Assembly (NCBI GenBank): GCA_964016885.1
Contig: OZ024740.1
Location: forward strand, 401,698,001-401,762,000
Length of the DNA stretch: 64,000 bases
Source of the DNA: Eledone cirrhosa
Lineage: Eukaryota
Reading direction: 5' to 3'
This document shows positions 29,033-44,830 of this stretch, piece after piece (positions within the stretch are counted from its first letter, which is position 1; every line of letters begins with the position of its first letter). Made by a program: the position numbers and the translations under genes. The notes beneath the pieces were generated by a model. The model did not search any database. It was not told where the DNA came from and was given only the letters and a program-made list of their open reading frames with translations.

Positions 29033-29417
29033 TGTATATATATATATGTATATATATTTTTTCTTTTTTTTTTTAGAAATAAAATTTGGAAATTATGAAA
29101 CCAAACGAAAGTAAATGAATAAAAATATTATGAAAAATGCAATAATTATTTTTCACCGTTTCAATTTATTATTTTCATATATTTATCCTTTAGCATTATT
29201 AATTAATTTTGCTCTTTTTTTCTTTATGAATCTCTTATTATCTACTCACATATGACACCTGATATTTCTCCTTCAATACATATTTCATTCTAATCTGGGA
29301 AGCAAATATATATTTAATATTAGACAGTAATTTATCTCAGTACAGCACTGTATATCACACTGTCTCACAGGCATATACATATACACTCATGCACACGCAA
29401 GAGGTATACACTCATGC

Positions 29418-29471
<54 letters not shown>

Positions 29472-29475
29472 ACAG

Positions 29476-29557
<82 letters not shown>

Positions 29558-29681
29558 GTATATGTATATATGCGTGTGCATGTGTGTATATATGTATGCA
29601 TGTATATATGTTCAAATATACACAACCACTCACATATCTATCTAGCTATCTATAACCACATGCATATATATATATGTATAA

Positions 29682-29746
<65 letters not shown>

Positions 29747-29749
<3 letters not shown>

Positions 29750-31000
29750 TGGCTGCCAACTGATTTTCGAGTACCGCCACTACTTTATGTCCATGTAGGA
29801 GAACCCCTACCGATGCGCTGACCGAGTGGGACTTTTTAGTCCAGCCAGCAACTTGAAAACTCTGGTACAAACACTACACTTGTGACAATTATTGACACAT
29901 AGTGCTGGGCCCATGGTACCATGTGACGACAAGTGCAGAGAGATCTCCAGATATAAAGCAATGCCTGTGCCGTGAAGCTTTTATAGTGAGCAAAGGCACT
30001 GTACAAACCCAGTCCCACTCTCTTAACCAAGATGATATTTACCAAAAAGAAGAACAAGTCAACATCATTGGATACCATCAGGGTTGCAGGTATTATATCA
30101 GAGTTTTCCTTCTCCTAGAATTCTGCCTTGACAAAGGCTAAGGGGTCGTCTCTCCCGGTGATTTTGGATGGCCATTGACTCTTAAGAGCTCCTTTACCCT
30201 TTGACAGGTTTTGTTTTTAGTCCTGCAGGATGTCCAAAGTCACCCTCCTCGCCAAGAAACCTTGGTGGGGTTGCCAGTTTAAAATATCTCAAGAGTGCAC
30301 ATAACCATTTTTGCAATCGATTTAAAATGGTCACGTATAAAAATATCAATATCTGTACATTGAAACAAACACAGGGATGTAATTCTTTGATGGAAGAATT
30401 GCTTTACTGTAGTCTTCATATGGAACGGCGCTGGAACTTTAATTTACAAAGGATCGTGGAAATATGGTAAACTTAACAACAAAATCAGGTAGTTTGACTG
30501 GAATTTGTACTTCGCTTTGTAGCCAAAAACATGACTTGGCTTATGTCGTGCTCAATTCTTGTCTGTTTGAGATGATTTATATTTTGCCTCAATGTTTGAG
30601 CAACACGACCGGTAACTACGAATAGGAATAACATCTGCCTGCATTCACGATAAGATACCCGAGACAGAACATTATGTGGAAAGTTAAGGTCATAAACGCA
30701 CTCATTCTAGATAGAGCCAAAGTACATAAGATTGCACAAATGCAACGATATCTCTGCTGTTTAGGATAGGTTCAAAAGTGGAGGAACATCGGTTGCGAAG
30801 GCAATAATTCTATTCAGAGTTAGCTGATGTTTCAAGAATTCAGAGCAATCCCCAACTGTAATACAAGTATGCAGCTGAATATAAGAAGAGGTTGGAGAAT
30901 GGTACCCGCAACTAGACAACAACATTTTGGTGACTATTCATGTTTCAAGCTCTGCAACCTTGTATATAAAAGGCCGCACCCTATTAAGCTCGATTAATGA
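29747..31000 (+). mobile_element. Highly degenerate LINE remnant, probably RTE
   Basis: GC-richer block after TA; traces such as NICTLK and ILFRVS/LYSELA-like tctattcagagttagctg; weak. Confidence 0.35.
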
Positions 31001-31726
31001 CCAAAATCTCAGTACAATTAAATTCCTTATACAGCTTTATCCGTACCCTGCCATAAACAACTAATATCAATATGTTTCTATGGTTTAGTCAGAGGAGGAA
31101 AAGTCTCATTCACTAACGCCATATTAGATTCCTGTTACTATGAGAAGGAAATCGGGGATTTGGTCCTAATTTTTACAATAAAATTGACTCTGTTAAGGAA
31201 AAATTAGCATCATTTATTGCCTTCAACCTTCAACAGATTCAGGTTACTGACCAAGAACTGGCTTACGTAAACTTTTAGTCAACCAAGTTTTACTTAGTGT
31301 ACATGGGTTGACTTGTAGATGTTATAGAATATATTTACCAAAGGACAAAACTACCGTCATAAGTCGCACTGCATACATACTTAGTAAAACACTAGTTTAG
31401 TTTATCATTTCTCAAACAGGACTGGTGTTTATTCTTCTGTTACTGTAGCTTTAAACAGGAAACAAATATCCTGTTTTACACAGGCTATTTTTCCCAGATG
31501 TTCACAAAACCTATTCCTGTTACCTAGGAAATATGGGGTTTATTTTACCTCCTCAGAGGCTAAAAGAAACGTCTGTAGCGGATCTTAACTCATAGACCAT
31601 AACCTATTCCACACTTTGCGATTCACTATGAGGAAAAGAGGACACTAGTATTACAATATAAATACGCAAAATAACCTTTATAAAGTCAATGAATAGGCAC
31701 ACATGTAACAATGTATTGACAATCTA

Positions 31727-31733
31727 TTACTAT

Positions 31734-31777
<44 letters not shown>

Positions 31778-31810
31778 ATACTACTACTACTTCTGCTGCT
31801 GCTGCTGCTG

Positions 31811-31871
<61 letters not shown>

Positions 31872-31885
31872 TTCTACTGCTACTA
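31727..31885. repeat. (ACT)n/(GCT)n microsatellite
   Basis: Direct reading. Confidence 0.95.
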
Positions 31886-32934
31886 ATAACAATTATTATA
31901 ATAATGATAACAATAATATAATTATAACCACAACAGCAACTGCAACACCAACAAAATACGTCTACTAAACAACAACTATAATATTAACTGCTTATATCTT
32001 TATACGAAAGCACATTATATACAATCTACTTATTACATGAAAATCTTGGCATATTTTAAAGATAGGACAACGTATGTAATTACGACTTAGTTGAAGTAAG
32101 ATTCTTTTTATAGAGAAACCAATGCAAACTCACCCAAACTCAAAATATAAATAAATGCTGTCTCTGTTAAAATGTTAGCAGTAACTAAATAAAAACATAA
32201 AGAGCAAGCACTTTGGATATATAATCTTTACTTGGAAAAAATAACATATTGCAAACTATCCGACTACTTTTGGATGTAGATGAGTATTTAAGCATGACTT
32301 CCGGTATAGTTTTATTGGAATAATACTTCCTTAAATTTAGTCAGTGTAAACAAACATGATCTCTGCTGGATTCAATCATTGATACTTCATGTGGACTTTT
32401 GAGAAAGATTAGTTCCCGAAAGAACATTTGATATTTTGTGACTTACGAAATAATTTAGACATACATAGTTACCAACTTCTTTTTCATATAAGTGAAAGTA
32501 AAATAAATAAACATTGATAATGATCTTACCTGCTTTCTCTGAGCTACTTGATAGATTGTTAAAGGTTCTACAACACATGTTGATAGAATATTCGTTACAT
32601 ATAGAAATATCAAATTCACCTCATTGATAACTAGCATTTGCAGTCCAACGAAGAGTGAGATTTCAAGCTTAATATAAAACACATAATATACCAATTAATG
32701 AACAGATTCCTTTACAGTACATGTAATATTGAGTTACATAAAGACAAGTGTAAATTTGAGAGAAAATGAGTGTAAAAACCAATATACTTAGCATATGACT
32801 GGTATCTTTTCATCGATGCTCGAAAAGATAAAATGTAACGACGGCATGTGTTGAATTAGGAATACAGTGATACAAGCTATTTCATAAAATATTAACAGAT
32901 TCTATATTTGGCACAAGGCCAGCAAACATCATAA

Positions 32935-33128
32935 AATAATAATTGTTTCTATTTTTTGGCACAAGGCCAGCAATTACCCCGGTGTATTACTGTTACTTTA
33001 TTTTATCGACCCCGTAAGTATGAAAGGCAAACTTAACCTCGGCGGGTTTTGAACTCAGATCATAAAGGGCTGTAACTCTATGCTGCAAAGCATGGCGTCC
33101 GACCCTCTACCAATACTGCCAATCCACA
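32935..33128 (-). mobile_element. SINE
   Basis: Full reverse-complement copy. Confidence 0.85.
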
Positions 33129-35813
33129 TCGTAAAATAATAATATCGTATCACACTGGACACATAATACTAATGTACACAATGCAATGTCATCAAATATA
33201 TATATTCACATTTAGATAGTCGGTTAGTTTGTGTTGGATATTTATTCCGTGTCTCTGCGTTCAAATCCCACCAATGGCCACTTTATCTTTCATATTTTCG
33301 TGGTCGACAAAGAAAATATCACACCAGTGCTTTTGCAGCCCTTTCTTTTTCCGCCTGTCACCTTTTGGTTATTTAGCTGGACCAAGCAAGGGGGAACGAG
33401 TTGTCCATACCGCTCGTGACAGTATGGGCACCTACTAAAAACTTAGCAAAAGCATGATACACATTACCAAGTCATACTCGATTGAAACTGATGGCTGTAA
33501 TAGCCTTTTTACTTTTAATTGTAACATAATATTGAATAAATAGCAGGGACTAACTAAATACATGGAGTGCACATATGATTTGAAGAGAATATAATTTGGC
33601 ATTAGATAAACCTAGAATTTAAAATGCAACTTAGTTAAAATGTAAGCATTCAGTATATTTTCAAAAACAATTCTTACGTAAACTATCGTATATTTCAGGT
33701 AAATACAGAGTTTATTTCTTATCAATTTTGTTTAAATAAATGGTGTTGTATAAACAGAATCAGTAGTATGTCGTACAAGATATCTTGCAGTATCTGGTTA
33801 AAATCATTTTGCTTCTGCTTTTAAATCCCAAAATGATCTGCATTTTAACTTTATATCGCCTTCAATCAATTACTGAAAGTGATATCATCAACTATGACCC
33901 GACCCTAAATATGTGACCCTACGCCTGAATTGATGTTTCTTATGATTGTATAGGATCATATCCTAAGTATACCTTCTACATAGAAAAATTGATATGTTAT
34001 ATCAATTGACTTCCTGTTGCAAAACTGATTTTAATTAATTGCAATTATAACCAATATATGGAAAAATACATGAGATTTAATGAAAATTTATTTTCGAAAG
34101 CATCAAGAACTCTTACTATATTAATTGACGAAAATGTAACTATTACATGCATGTCTACAGTTGCGAAGCGTATTTCGACAACCAAACTGAGTTTTTCACG
34201 GAAATTATTACATATTGGTTGTGTATCTTCGAACGATTCGTCAATTCCAGCAATCTATAGATGCTTTATATTGATATAATTCATAAAACATACTTTGACT
34301 GAAGTGAACTCGTCAGTTCAAAGAATTTTAGCTTTGAAAGACGCTAACCGTTTCTTATGGGACTGAGGTTGATAATTTGCATACATTTTGATTAATAGTT
34401 GTGAACGCCACTGTTTTCAATGACAAAATTGGTGCTTCTGTATAGCCAAAAATATCGTAAAGAACTAAAATTCAGCTAACTTTAAAGAGATGTCACCGAA
34501 TAAATCTAAAATTGGTAGCGTGGACAAATATATTACAGCTGTGAAGATCTCAGGTTTTTGTTTATCCAATACGATTTTATTCAATATGTCCTTCGTGTTT
34601 TTGAGACCATATTGTGGAAATTGAGAGTTTTAGCTGGGTATTTGACATAATATTGTAGTTAACGTGTGTTTTCTTGTATCGTCAACGTGTGTTTTCTTTT
34701 GTCTTGTAATTTATCTGTAAGCTCCAGTTCTGAAATATCTCATTTATATGCTCTCAACATTGATATATACTTGAAACATTTGATGTCATTGATCATAATA
34801 ATCGATGCTAAGCAATTAGCAATCGATGTTCTCACAAAATGCATGAAGTGGTGTGATACTTGAAACTAAATACATTAAACTATTACTTACATTTCTATCA
34901 CTAACACTTAAATATTACAAACACATCCACCATTATTTCCTCCACCCATACTACAATCATCGCTACAAGCATCACTAACATTATAGCTAATAACACCACC
35001 ACAACGAGCAGCAACTACATTTTTTCAAAGCAACCTACCCCAATACCCCAGCTACCATTTTTACTGTCATCTCTCTTAGTGTCATTACAATTATCAGCAT
35101 TACCCCCACGAAAACCACTACCATACTACAACCACTAATATATCTGTTACAAAGTCTCAGATAGCCAGCTTGAAAGTCCGCTTCAACGATAAACCCAACA
35201 ACGTTGTCACCAAAAAAAGGCCATCAATACAACAAGAGAAACAATAGCAATGTGAGTTACAATAAAGCAAATTACGTGATAGTTAAATATCTAACGTTCG
35301 ATATTTTCCTTTCTGTGAATTTTTGCGGATGAATACGTATGTATCCTTGACTACTTGAGAGGACACGTGCGTGTATATATATGTGCTTGCATGTGTGTCT
35401 GTATGTGTGTTTATTGGCGTGTGTGCAATCGTTTGTTGTACGTGGTTTGTTGGAGTGATTGTTATATCAGATGAGTTTCATAGAGAACTCTCTTCCGTCT
35501 CATTTGTTATATTGCATTATAGATTTACTCTAATTGACTGGACACGATGAAATATTTCCTAATTACTTATAATACCTCCTGAATAAGGTACTGTTGTTGT
35601 TGTTGGTGGTGGTGGTGGTGGTGGCAGTGGCGGCGGTGGTGGTGGCGGCGGCGTTGGTGGTGGTGGTGGTGGTGATGATGATGCTGTGGTGGTGTGGTGT
35701 TGGAGGTGGTGGTGGTGGGGTTTGTTTGTGTCTGTGAGTTGTGTGTGTTTTTTGAGGTTGATGAAGAAGAAGAAGAAGAAGAAGAAGAAGACCACTAATG
35801 ATACATATATATA

Positions 35814-36680
35814 TACGAGGTGTGTCAGAAAAGTTCCAGGACTGATGTCACAAAAGATTTATTTCAAACCCAAACTTCACACTAAGAGTGTTTTCCTTCA
35901 AAGTAATCCCCCTGGAGTCTAATGCACTTTTCCATCCTTTTCTGCCACGCTTGCATGCACTCCTGGAAGGATTCTTCCGGGATCCTCCGTAGTTCCGTGG
36001 TCACGGCCTTTTTGTTGTCGTCCAAGTCTTCAAAACGGGTCCCCTCCGGGTCGTACTCGAAGATCCATGACTCATCATCGATGATGACTGTCCCTAGAAA
36101 GTCTGGTTCGGTTTTAAGACGCTCGAGGATGTCCTGGCACACTTGCATGCGCCGATCCTTCTGGTCATCGTTCAGCCGCTTTGGCACCATCTTTGCCCAG
36201 ACTTTTCGCATGTCCAAATGTTCAGTGAGAATCTTCCAGACGCTGTCCCGATTCATGCCCAGCTCATTTGCCATCAGTCGAACAGTCAGCCGTCGATCGC
36301 TACGCACCATCTGCCTGATGGGCTCAACGTTGATATCAGTCCTGTTTGTTGAGGGCCTTCCGCTCCTGGGTTTATCTTGCAGCACTCAAAAACACATGAG
36401 CGTGACATCGTCTCATCTCCATACACTTGCTGCAGCAATTCCAGTGCTTCTGACGGAGTTTTCCCCAACCATACCAGAAACTTCAAGTTAGTTCGTTGCT
36501 CTGTACTCATTGCTTGAAGACCTGAAACAGAGGACATGTATATCTAATTATGAAGAAAAAAGTTTGATCGCTGCAGAGAGTTAAGCTTACAGTTACATAC
36601 TCCAGGGGGATTACTTTGAAGGAGAAAACTCTTTGTGTGAAGTTTGGGCTTGAAATAAATCGTTTGTGACATCAGTCCTG
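35814..36680 (-). mobile_element. Mariner DNA transposon, internally deleted, ~105-bp TIRs (right TIR clipped)
   Basis: EQRTNLKFLVWLGKTPSEA, DKPRSGRPST, AKMVPKRL, DESWIFEYDPE, RMEKCIRLQGDYFE; 35843-35918 is approximately the reverse complement of 36599-36680; TA then cgagg. Confidence 0.92.
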
Positions 36681-36939
36681 CATACCGAGAACAATTGTTT
36701 CACCTTAGCGGATCCTCAGCTCGTAATGAGCATGGTTATACGGAACAGGGAGGACAGCCGTACGAACGCCATGCGCAGAACCCCGTCACTTCACACAGGC
36801 AATAGTAAAATGCGTGCGAGAGGTGTAAGGGAGTTAACTGCGAAAGTCCGAAAAGTTTTTAGTTGATAAGAAAAAATATTGATGTTGTTACAATAATTCA
36901 TTCAATCTGGAGCTTTGTAGTTATGTAATAGGTGTTTCG

Positions 36940-37440
36940 AGACGTGTGGACAACGTGTGAAAAATTAATATCTCGTGTTTAGGCAATCACTATTTTATAA
37001 TCTCTTTAGAATATTTATTCGTTCGTCAATACACAGTCCGCGCGACGGATTTCCCCTTGCGTATGGCTTGGACATAGTGATGGCTTTCCATTGAATGGAG
37101 TAATCTATACTTGAGTCCTTGAGGGACCATACGTGGCTCGCGAGTTTCGCGGGTACCTAAAGGTCGACTGATGGTTCAGGAAACGTTCCTTAAATCGGCA
37201 CTCCGCCATGCCCACATAGGATTTGACCGCCTGTGGTTGGTTTGGTCGGTTCGAAGTGACCACAGCTTCATAAATTACAGCTGGTGTGTTGCATTGCTGT
37301 TGAAGAAGGTAAGCTTCGGGCTTACGGCAAGAGCACCCTGGTGGGGTGTTGCTCCTAGGGCTGCTGGTGATGTGGGCCTTCATGCTCTTAGCGCAGGATT
37401 ATCCATGTTTTACTTTGTGTCGGTTTCTAAAGTGGCATAG
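36940..37440 (-). pseudogene. PLE GIY-YIG endonuclease remnant (CxC/VIY-YVG type, a different lineage)
   Basis: CSCRK...CNTPAVIYEAVV...YVGMAECRFKERFLNHQSTF, then SHVWSLKD...IQWK...LCIDE...LNTR...RCPH. Confidence 0.8.
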
Positions 37441-37769
37441 CAGATACAAACATCACCTTTGTTTTTCCAGAGTGTAAATTAGATGACTCTATACAATGTG
37501 TCATCTCAGCGTGGTGGTATTTAAGAGAAATTTAACTGCTTTTTGTAGCAGATCGAGTGACTATAACAAGTTAGCTTCTTGACACGATACAATTAATAGC
37601 ATTAAAGCTGTGAGTCTTAAATGGAGCGGGATTGATGGTTTATATCGATATAAGAACAACAGCCTTACAACAATAAATAAAAAAAGAGCATGTATATGCT
37701 CATGATAGGCTGGCTCTCCAAATAATATACTGCGATTTCCATTTCATGCCGTAAAAACTAGCTATTGGC

Positions 37770-38032
37770 CTGTCACCTGACTTGGACGGCCTGGGAATTG
37801 TGCCCAAAGATGGCGTGTCCCGAGACCCCAAAGAGGTCAGGAGACCCGCGAGCAAGATGGTTAGATAACTTTCATGAATTCAGCTGGTCTCGCTTTGGGA
37901 TCCAGTTGGAAACGGTTGCTTCTGATAAACCCGCTCGAAGGAGTGTTTGAAGACTCTGCTCCCACGACCCTTCAAGGTATAAGTGGGTGTAGAAGAAGAA
38001 GAAGAAGAAGAAGAAGGAGAAGAAGAAGAAGA
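37770..38032 (+). mobile_element. RTE-type LINE 3' remnant with (GAA)n tail
   Basis: RARWLD; homologous to 56700-56912. Confidence 0.65.
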
Positions 38033-38095
38033 CATTAACAACAACTATAACATTATGAATTATAAATAATTCAGATACATAATCCGCCTCCATAT

Positions 38096-38865
<770 letters not shown>

Positions 38866-40485
38866 ATAATAATAATAAGAGAAGGAAGGTTAAGAAACAG
38901 CATCAACAATAAAAAATAGTCATAAGTAAAACAAAAAAATAGAAAAAATATATGACTACAAAATACAACAATAGACACTCCAGCGACAATAACAATGGCA
39001 ATAATAACAACATAAGCTGAAAACACCAACCACAAGATTAGCTATAAAGCCTCAAGCAATAATAACAAAAGACACGAGCAGTTACTAATACTACTATACT
39101 AACAAGATCACTAACAACTACAGAAACAAACCATTGCAAAAGCTGAGACAAGAGCAATACCAATACAAATATATAGATTATCAATAACTACAAAAATGAT
39201 ATAAAAATCAATTACAAAATAATGCAAGAAACAGACCAGCGAGAACAAAAGTAAGAAGAGCGATAACATCACATACTACAATATAATATAAATAAAGGAG
39301 TAACTATAATAATAACAATATTTAACAGCAAAATATCGATATTCGATTTAGCAACAGCGAAGCTATTGAAAAACAAAATAAAATGGAGAACCTGCTAAGA
39401 AGAAAGACGGAGTGGAAGGAAATACAGCTTCAAAAGAACAGAGATAATGATAAACTTTAATTGATTTGTATAAAAGCAATAGAGAAGAGTCAAGTATTGA
39501 AATATTTTTGAGTGGTGGTTTTATAACGATGAGGAGCTATTATATTTATGAGCATCATTGTCATTATCATCATCATCATCATCATAATCGTCGTCATCAT
39601 CATCATCATCATCATCATTAGCATCAGCATCATCATAATCGTCGTCATCATCATCATTATCATCATTAGTATCACTATCATAAAAAAAATCGCCGTCATC
39701 ACATCTTCTTCAATCTTCTCGTCATCATTAGCATCATTATCACCATCTTCGTCGTTGTCGTCATCACATCATCCCCATCGACGTCGACGTTGTCGTCCTC
39801 ATCACATCATCATTAGCAGCAGCAGCAGCACTAAGGCCACAATCAATTTCAAACGTTGTATGTATGTTACTTAAGCTTCAGCGACAACACTCGTCCTCCT
39901 CCTCCACAATAGAATATAAGTGGTAGCCCACAAGCATAAGCTGAGGTGTGTTGGATGAAGTAGAAGAGAATAGAAACGTTCATTCAAGTCTAGACCATCT
40001 TCTGGCAGTGAATATACTGCGCTGTCCTTTGTCATTTCTGGTACGGCATGTGAGGCCTTGTGGTGTGGGGAAATACATGATTCTCAGATATGGTCAATTG
40101 AGGGGCCTGGTGTGTAGATATGATGCTCTAGTGGGTGTCAGAGAAAGCTGAGAATAGGCACTCGGAGGTTTGCAGGGGTCAAATTCTATTTGACCTGCAT
40201 ATAAGGCACTGCAGAATTTGCATATAAAGCCGGTCTGTGATTATTTATATCGAAATTAAGATTTACCAATATTTCTCCCTTTCCTTCGCGTTTTAAACCA
40301 TTCTTTCTACTCGCTCCCCAACCCTCACACTCGCTTTTTTTGCCCTTAACGTCTTCCCTGTGTCAAATACGTTCTTATTCTCTCCAAGCATACTTTAGTC
40401 ACTCTGCAAAATTAACAAACACACTCACTCAGTCTCACACCAACACATACAGAAAACCGTAACACCTCATTATTAACACACACAA

Positions 40486-40682
40486 GGGCGGTGGATTGGC
40501 AATATCGGTGGAGGGTCGGATGCCATGCTTTGCAGCAGAGAGTTACGTCCCGTTACGGTCTGATTTCATATCCCGCCGAGCTTAACTTTGCCGTTCATCC
40601 GTACGGGGTCGATAAAATAAAGTACCAGTAATGCACTGAAATAATTGGTGGCCTTGTGTCAAGAGTAGAAACAATTATTAAT
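40486..40682 (+). mobile_element. SINE
   Basis: A/B boxes, core and tail. Confidence 0.85.
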
Positions 40683-40687
40683 ACACG

Positions 40688-40737
<50 letters not shown>

Positions 40738-41883
40738 CACACACACAAGCGCGCGCGCGTACGCATCCACGTGTTCCGCCATATAGATGACCCCATATGC
40801 CTGCGTCCAGACAAACATCCACATTCACAATAATCCAGCAACCACACACTTGCAAGTACACACAGTCACACAGACGCACGATAAAAACACACATACAGAC
40901 ACACATTCACAGATACACACACAACTCCATGCACACATACACATTCACATATCTTCACCCAACCATATGCACAAAAAGGCTTCCATTAATAAATGCAATT
41001 CGAACCAAACTCATTTCTAGAGAACATAAAGACCATCACACAGGACATTTAAAGCATATACACCGTCTACTTCTATAATATACAGTCACTTGGTAGACTG
41101 GCATATAGGGACACACGCACAGGCACACTCGGATTATGTGGTCCACTCCTTCACAATTCACTACATGCACACACAACTCACACTCCAGTACACAAACAAA
41201 CACACATCCGGACTGATGCACACAAACATACGCTAAAATAAACACACGTAAACATACACACACATGCACACAGGCACACACGCATATACACACATATACA
41301 TACATTCACACACACACACATCACACAACTGCACGTATAAAAACATACTCTCCAACATTCCGCAACATACCAAGCACAACAGAAAAAATACACAGATACA
41401 GACACTACTAAGCGCACTCAAAGAATTCAACACACATTTCACACACATTTCACAAACGCACACACATCCATACATGCAAAACATTGACACACACAAACAC
41501 TCATTGGTAATATACAAAATAACACCTAGATCCGAATAGGCACACACATACACACACACATACACACACATAGACCGAAATACACACTTGCAATTTACTC
41601 ATAAACACATACATACCATCAAAAATAAAATATGCACGATTCCATTTACATACGTACATACACCCAACTGTAATGCATCAACACTTCTTTGGTGACACTC
41701 ATCATCACTTCAATTCCTTAGACTGCACGCCACCCATCACATTCAAGCAATATCATTTCTGGAATCAACTACTGTAATTTCCTCTCTACTTTTAGTATCG
41801 AAGTAACATTTTTCGGAAATTACTTGACTTTTCACCAGCTCCATTCTAACATAACGCAATATACATAAAGAGACATACAAATA

Positions 41884-41961
<78 letters not shown>

Positions 41962-42340
41962 TACACACACATTTACACCACACACACTCCCACACCACAC
42001 ACAGACAGACAGGCACACACACATAGACAGACACACACACACAGACCCACACACATACACTCACACACAGACACACACACACAGACATACACACATACAC
42101 ACACATTTCCACCACACACACACTCCCACACCACACATACACACACATACACACACACATACACTCACACACACACAAACACTTACACATTTACACCACA
42201 AACCCTCACACACCACACACACACGTACACACAGACAGACTCTCTCATACACACACACGCTCACATACATACTCACACACACACTAAACACACACACTCA
42301 CTCACACACACACACTCACACACACACTTACACACGCATC
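40683..42340. repeat. Degenerate CA-rich microsatellite region
   Basis: Direct reading. Confidence 0.85.
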
Positions 42341-42656
42341 CATACCTAAAACACAGATAGACTCAGACGCTTTGCCACCACTTCTGAACCGACACAAGTA
42401 TTATGGTTGCATATATGTATCCCTATTTCCCCTATACACCATACCACTCCTCATTAAACCCTTTATTTTTTTCCATTCTTCCAAACTCTTCTCCTCTCTC
42501 TTCACTTCATACTTTCCTGATAAATAACTAACGTCGGCTACACGCTGACGTTCATACTTTTCCTTGTGAAAAGGAAAAGTATAAAACCATATTTATTTCA
42601 TTATACATATTTCAAGGGTATGTCAATATTTATTTATAAAACTAACCTATATTAAA

Positions 42657-42832
42657 TGGTGAATTGTTAGTATCGGTAGAGGGTCGGACGCCATGCTTTC
42701 CAGCATAGGTACGTCCCTTTACGATCTGAGTTCAAATCCCGCCGAGGTTGACTTTGCCTTTAATCCTTACGGGGTCGATAAAATAAAATACCAGTAATGC
42801 ACTGGTGAATTGCTGGCCTTGTTCCTAAATTA
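42657..42832 (+). mobile_element. SINE
   Basis: A/B boxes and core. Confidence 0.85.
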
Positions 42833-43454
42833 TATTTTATCTGATATAAGCGCATCATAGTTTGCTCTGGTGGCCCTTGAAATATGTATAATGAAATAAA
42901 TATGGTTTTATAAATATAGTTTCCATTTGTTAATATATTGTATATATATATATTTTTTTTTCCCACCACGCCACCTACATCCACAATACGTATAAACACC
43001 AGACACACGGGCGTACCACCACATACATACACATTCACCCTCCGGAATCACCCCCACCCCTCCCCCACCCCTTGTGACACATCCCCATCCACACGGGCAC
43101 ACACACACCGACCTACACCCCACCCCACCCCACACACACCTTTTCCTGAACATGGAACCTCGTTCTTCCCCCAACTCTCACATTCACATACACACACACA
43201 CACGTACACCTACACACATACACCACCTTCAGCCCTCCCCGCTCGGACACCCCGCCTCCCTCTCCCCACTCCACCCGCCACCACCCCTACACGCCCCACA
43301 ATCTTCCACCACTTGTTTATCTTCATGTTTATTTTCATTTTTATTTTTTTAATATTTATTTTTATTTGTACTCGATCCACAGTCCCCCCCCCTGTTTTTA
43401 CTAACTGTCTCTCCCCCACTCCCCTACATACCTCGGAACTCTCTTCCCACACAC

Positions 43455-43487
43455 TTTTCGCCTGAAGAAGGGCTTATGCCCGAAACG
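43455..43487 (+). ncRNA. Interrupted minimal HHR in a PLE-like 3' UTR
   Basis: CUGAAGA a gggc-uuau-gccc GAAAcg, then broken by a CA tract. Confidence 0.55.
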
Positions 43488-43576
43488 CCCCCACACACAC
43501 ACACACACTCTCAAAAGCGTGAAACTAATAAACCTTTGTTCGTACTGCCTCTCTGTTTTGTTCCTGTTCCATTTTT

Positions 43577-43616
<40 letters not shown>

Positions 43617-43647
43617 CTGTTCTATATTTTTGAGACGAGGAATTATT

Positions 43648-44079
43648 TACATTATATACATTGGACGGATAGGTATTCTCATCTTGTTTTGTTGTTAACA
43701 CATTCCCCTGTGGGGTGAAGTTAAAATAATAGACAGGGAACACCAGTGGAAAACACGAAAACTAAAAGAGGCAGCACATATGCTAGGACACAATAACCTC
43801 CTAAGCAGACCTAGTGCAGATATGAGTAGTATATCGAAACCGGTATTGAGGAAGGATAGAAAAATATCAGTTTTAAGCACTAAAAATTTCACAAGAAAAA
43901 AAAAAAAGTGGTTAAGAAGCGGGCTACTAACCTCAAGATTCCGAATACAATTCTAGGCTGTGACCTGAACAAACGTTAATAATAACTAGGACACCTGATG
44001 AAGGCTGGAGAGTACATCAGCCGAAACGTTGTGTTAACAACAAAACAAGATGAGGACACCTATCCGTCCAATGTATTTA

Positions 44080-44086
<7 letters not shown>
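43648..44086 (+). mobile_element. Short PLE 3' fragment: GIY-YIG C-terminus, HHR and inverted 3' end
   Basis: From 43711 WGEVKIIDREHQWKTRKLKEAAHM; 43655-43702 is the reverse complement of 44030-44076. Confidence 0.85.
43990..44035 (+). ncRNA. Minimal type I HHR with palindromic stem III (AACGUU)
   Basis: gacac CUGAUGA a ggcug...cagcc GAAA cg UU / guguu. Confidence 0.8.
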
Positions 44087-44165
<79 letters not shown>

Positions 44166-44168
<3 letters not shown>

Positions 44169-44729
44169 GATAAATCTACCAAGAGTTTACGGTAGTGTCC
44201 AATCCGTATGAAGAACTCAATGTAATCCGGATATCATGGAAAGAAGAGATGCATTCAAAAATCACTTTCGGTGAAAGATAAACGGAATACAGAGTCAAGA
44301 TGAAACATTAAAAAAATAATGAATAAAACAATGAAACAGTTCCTTATGTTAAACAAAAAAAGTTCATTATTTAACGATCGTTTCTAGGACATATATGTGT
44401 TAGAATTGGCATGCATATTCAACAGATCTATGTACAAAATTATACAAAATTATACAAACTATCAAATTTAATATACATACCAACACATATATATGCGCCG
44501 TCTTCAGAAATAATGAAATATATTTATTTATTTCTGAAGACGGCATATATATGTGTTGGTATGTATATTAAATTTGATAGTTTGTATAATTTTGTATAAT
44601 TTTGTACATAGATCTGTTGAATATGCATGCCAATTCTAACACATATATGTCCTAGAAACGATCGTTAAATAATGAACTTTTTTTGTTTAATATAAGGAAC
44701 TGTTTCATTGTTTTATTCATTATTTTTTT

Positions 44730-44737
<8 letters not shown>
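44166..44737 (-). mobile_element. Fold-back element (~210-bp arms) with an HHR carrying a long stem-II insert on each arm
   Basis: 44303-44513 is the reverse complement of 44528-44737; HHR 44363-44517 (-). Confidence 0.85.
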
Positions 44738-44799
<62 letters not shown>

Positions 44800-44830
44800 A
44801 AATCAAAAGATTGTTAAAAGAGTTCCATGT

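Noticed and set aside
32525-32670. Possible small minus-strand exons (cag/gtaaga)
   Set aside because: Too short and no homology recognised
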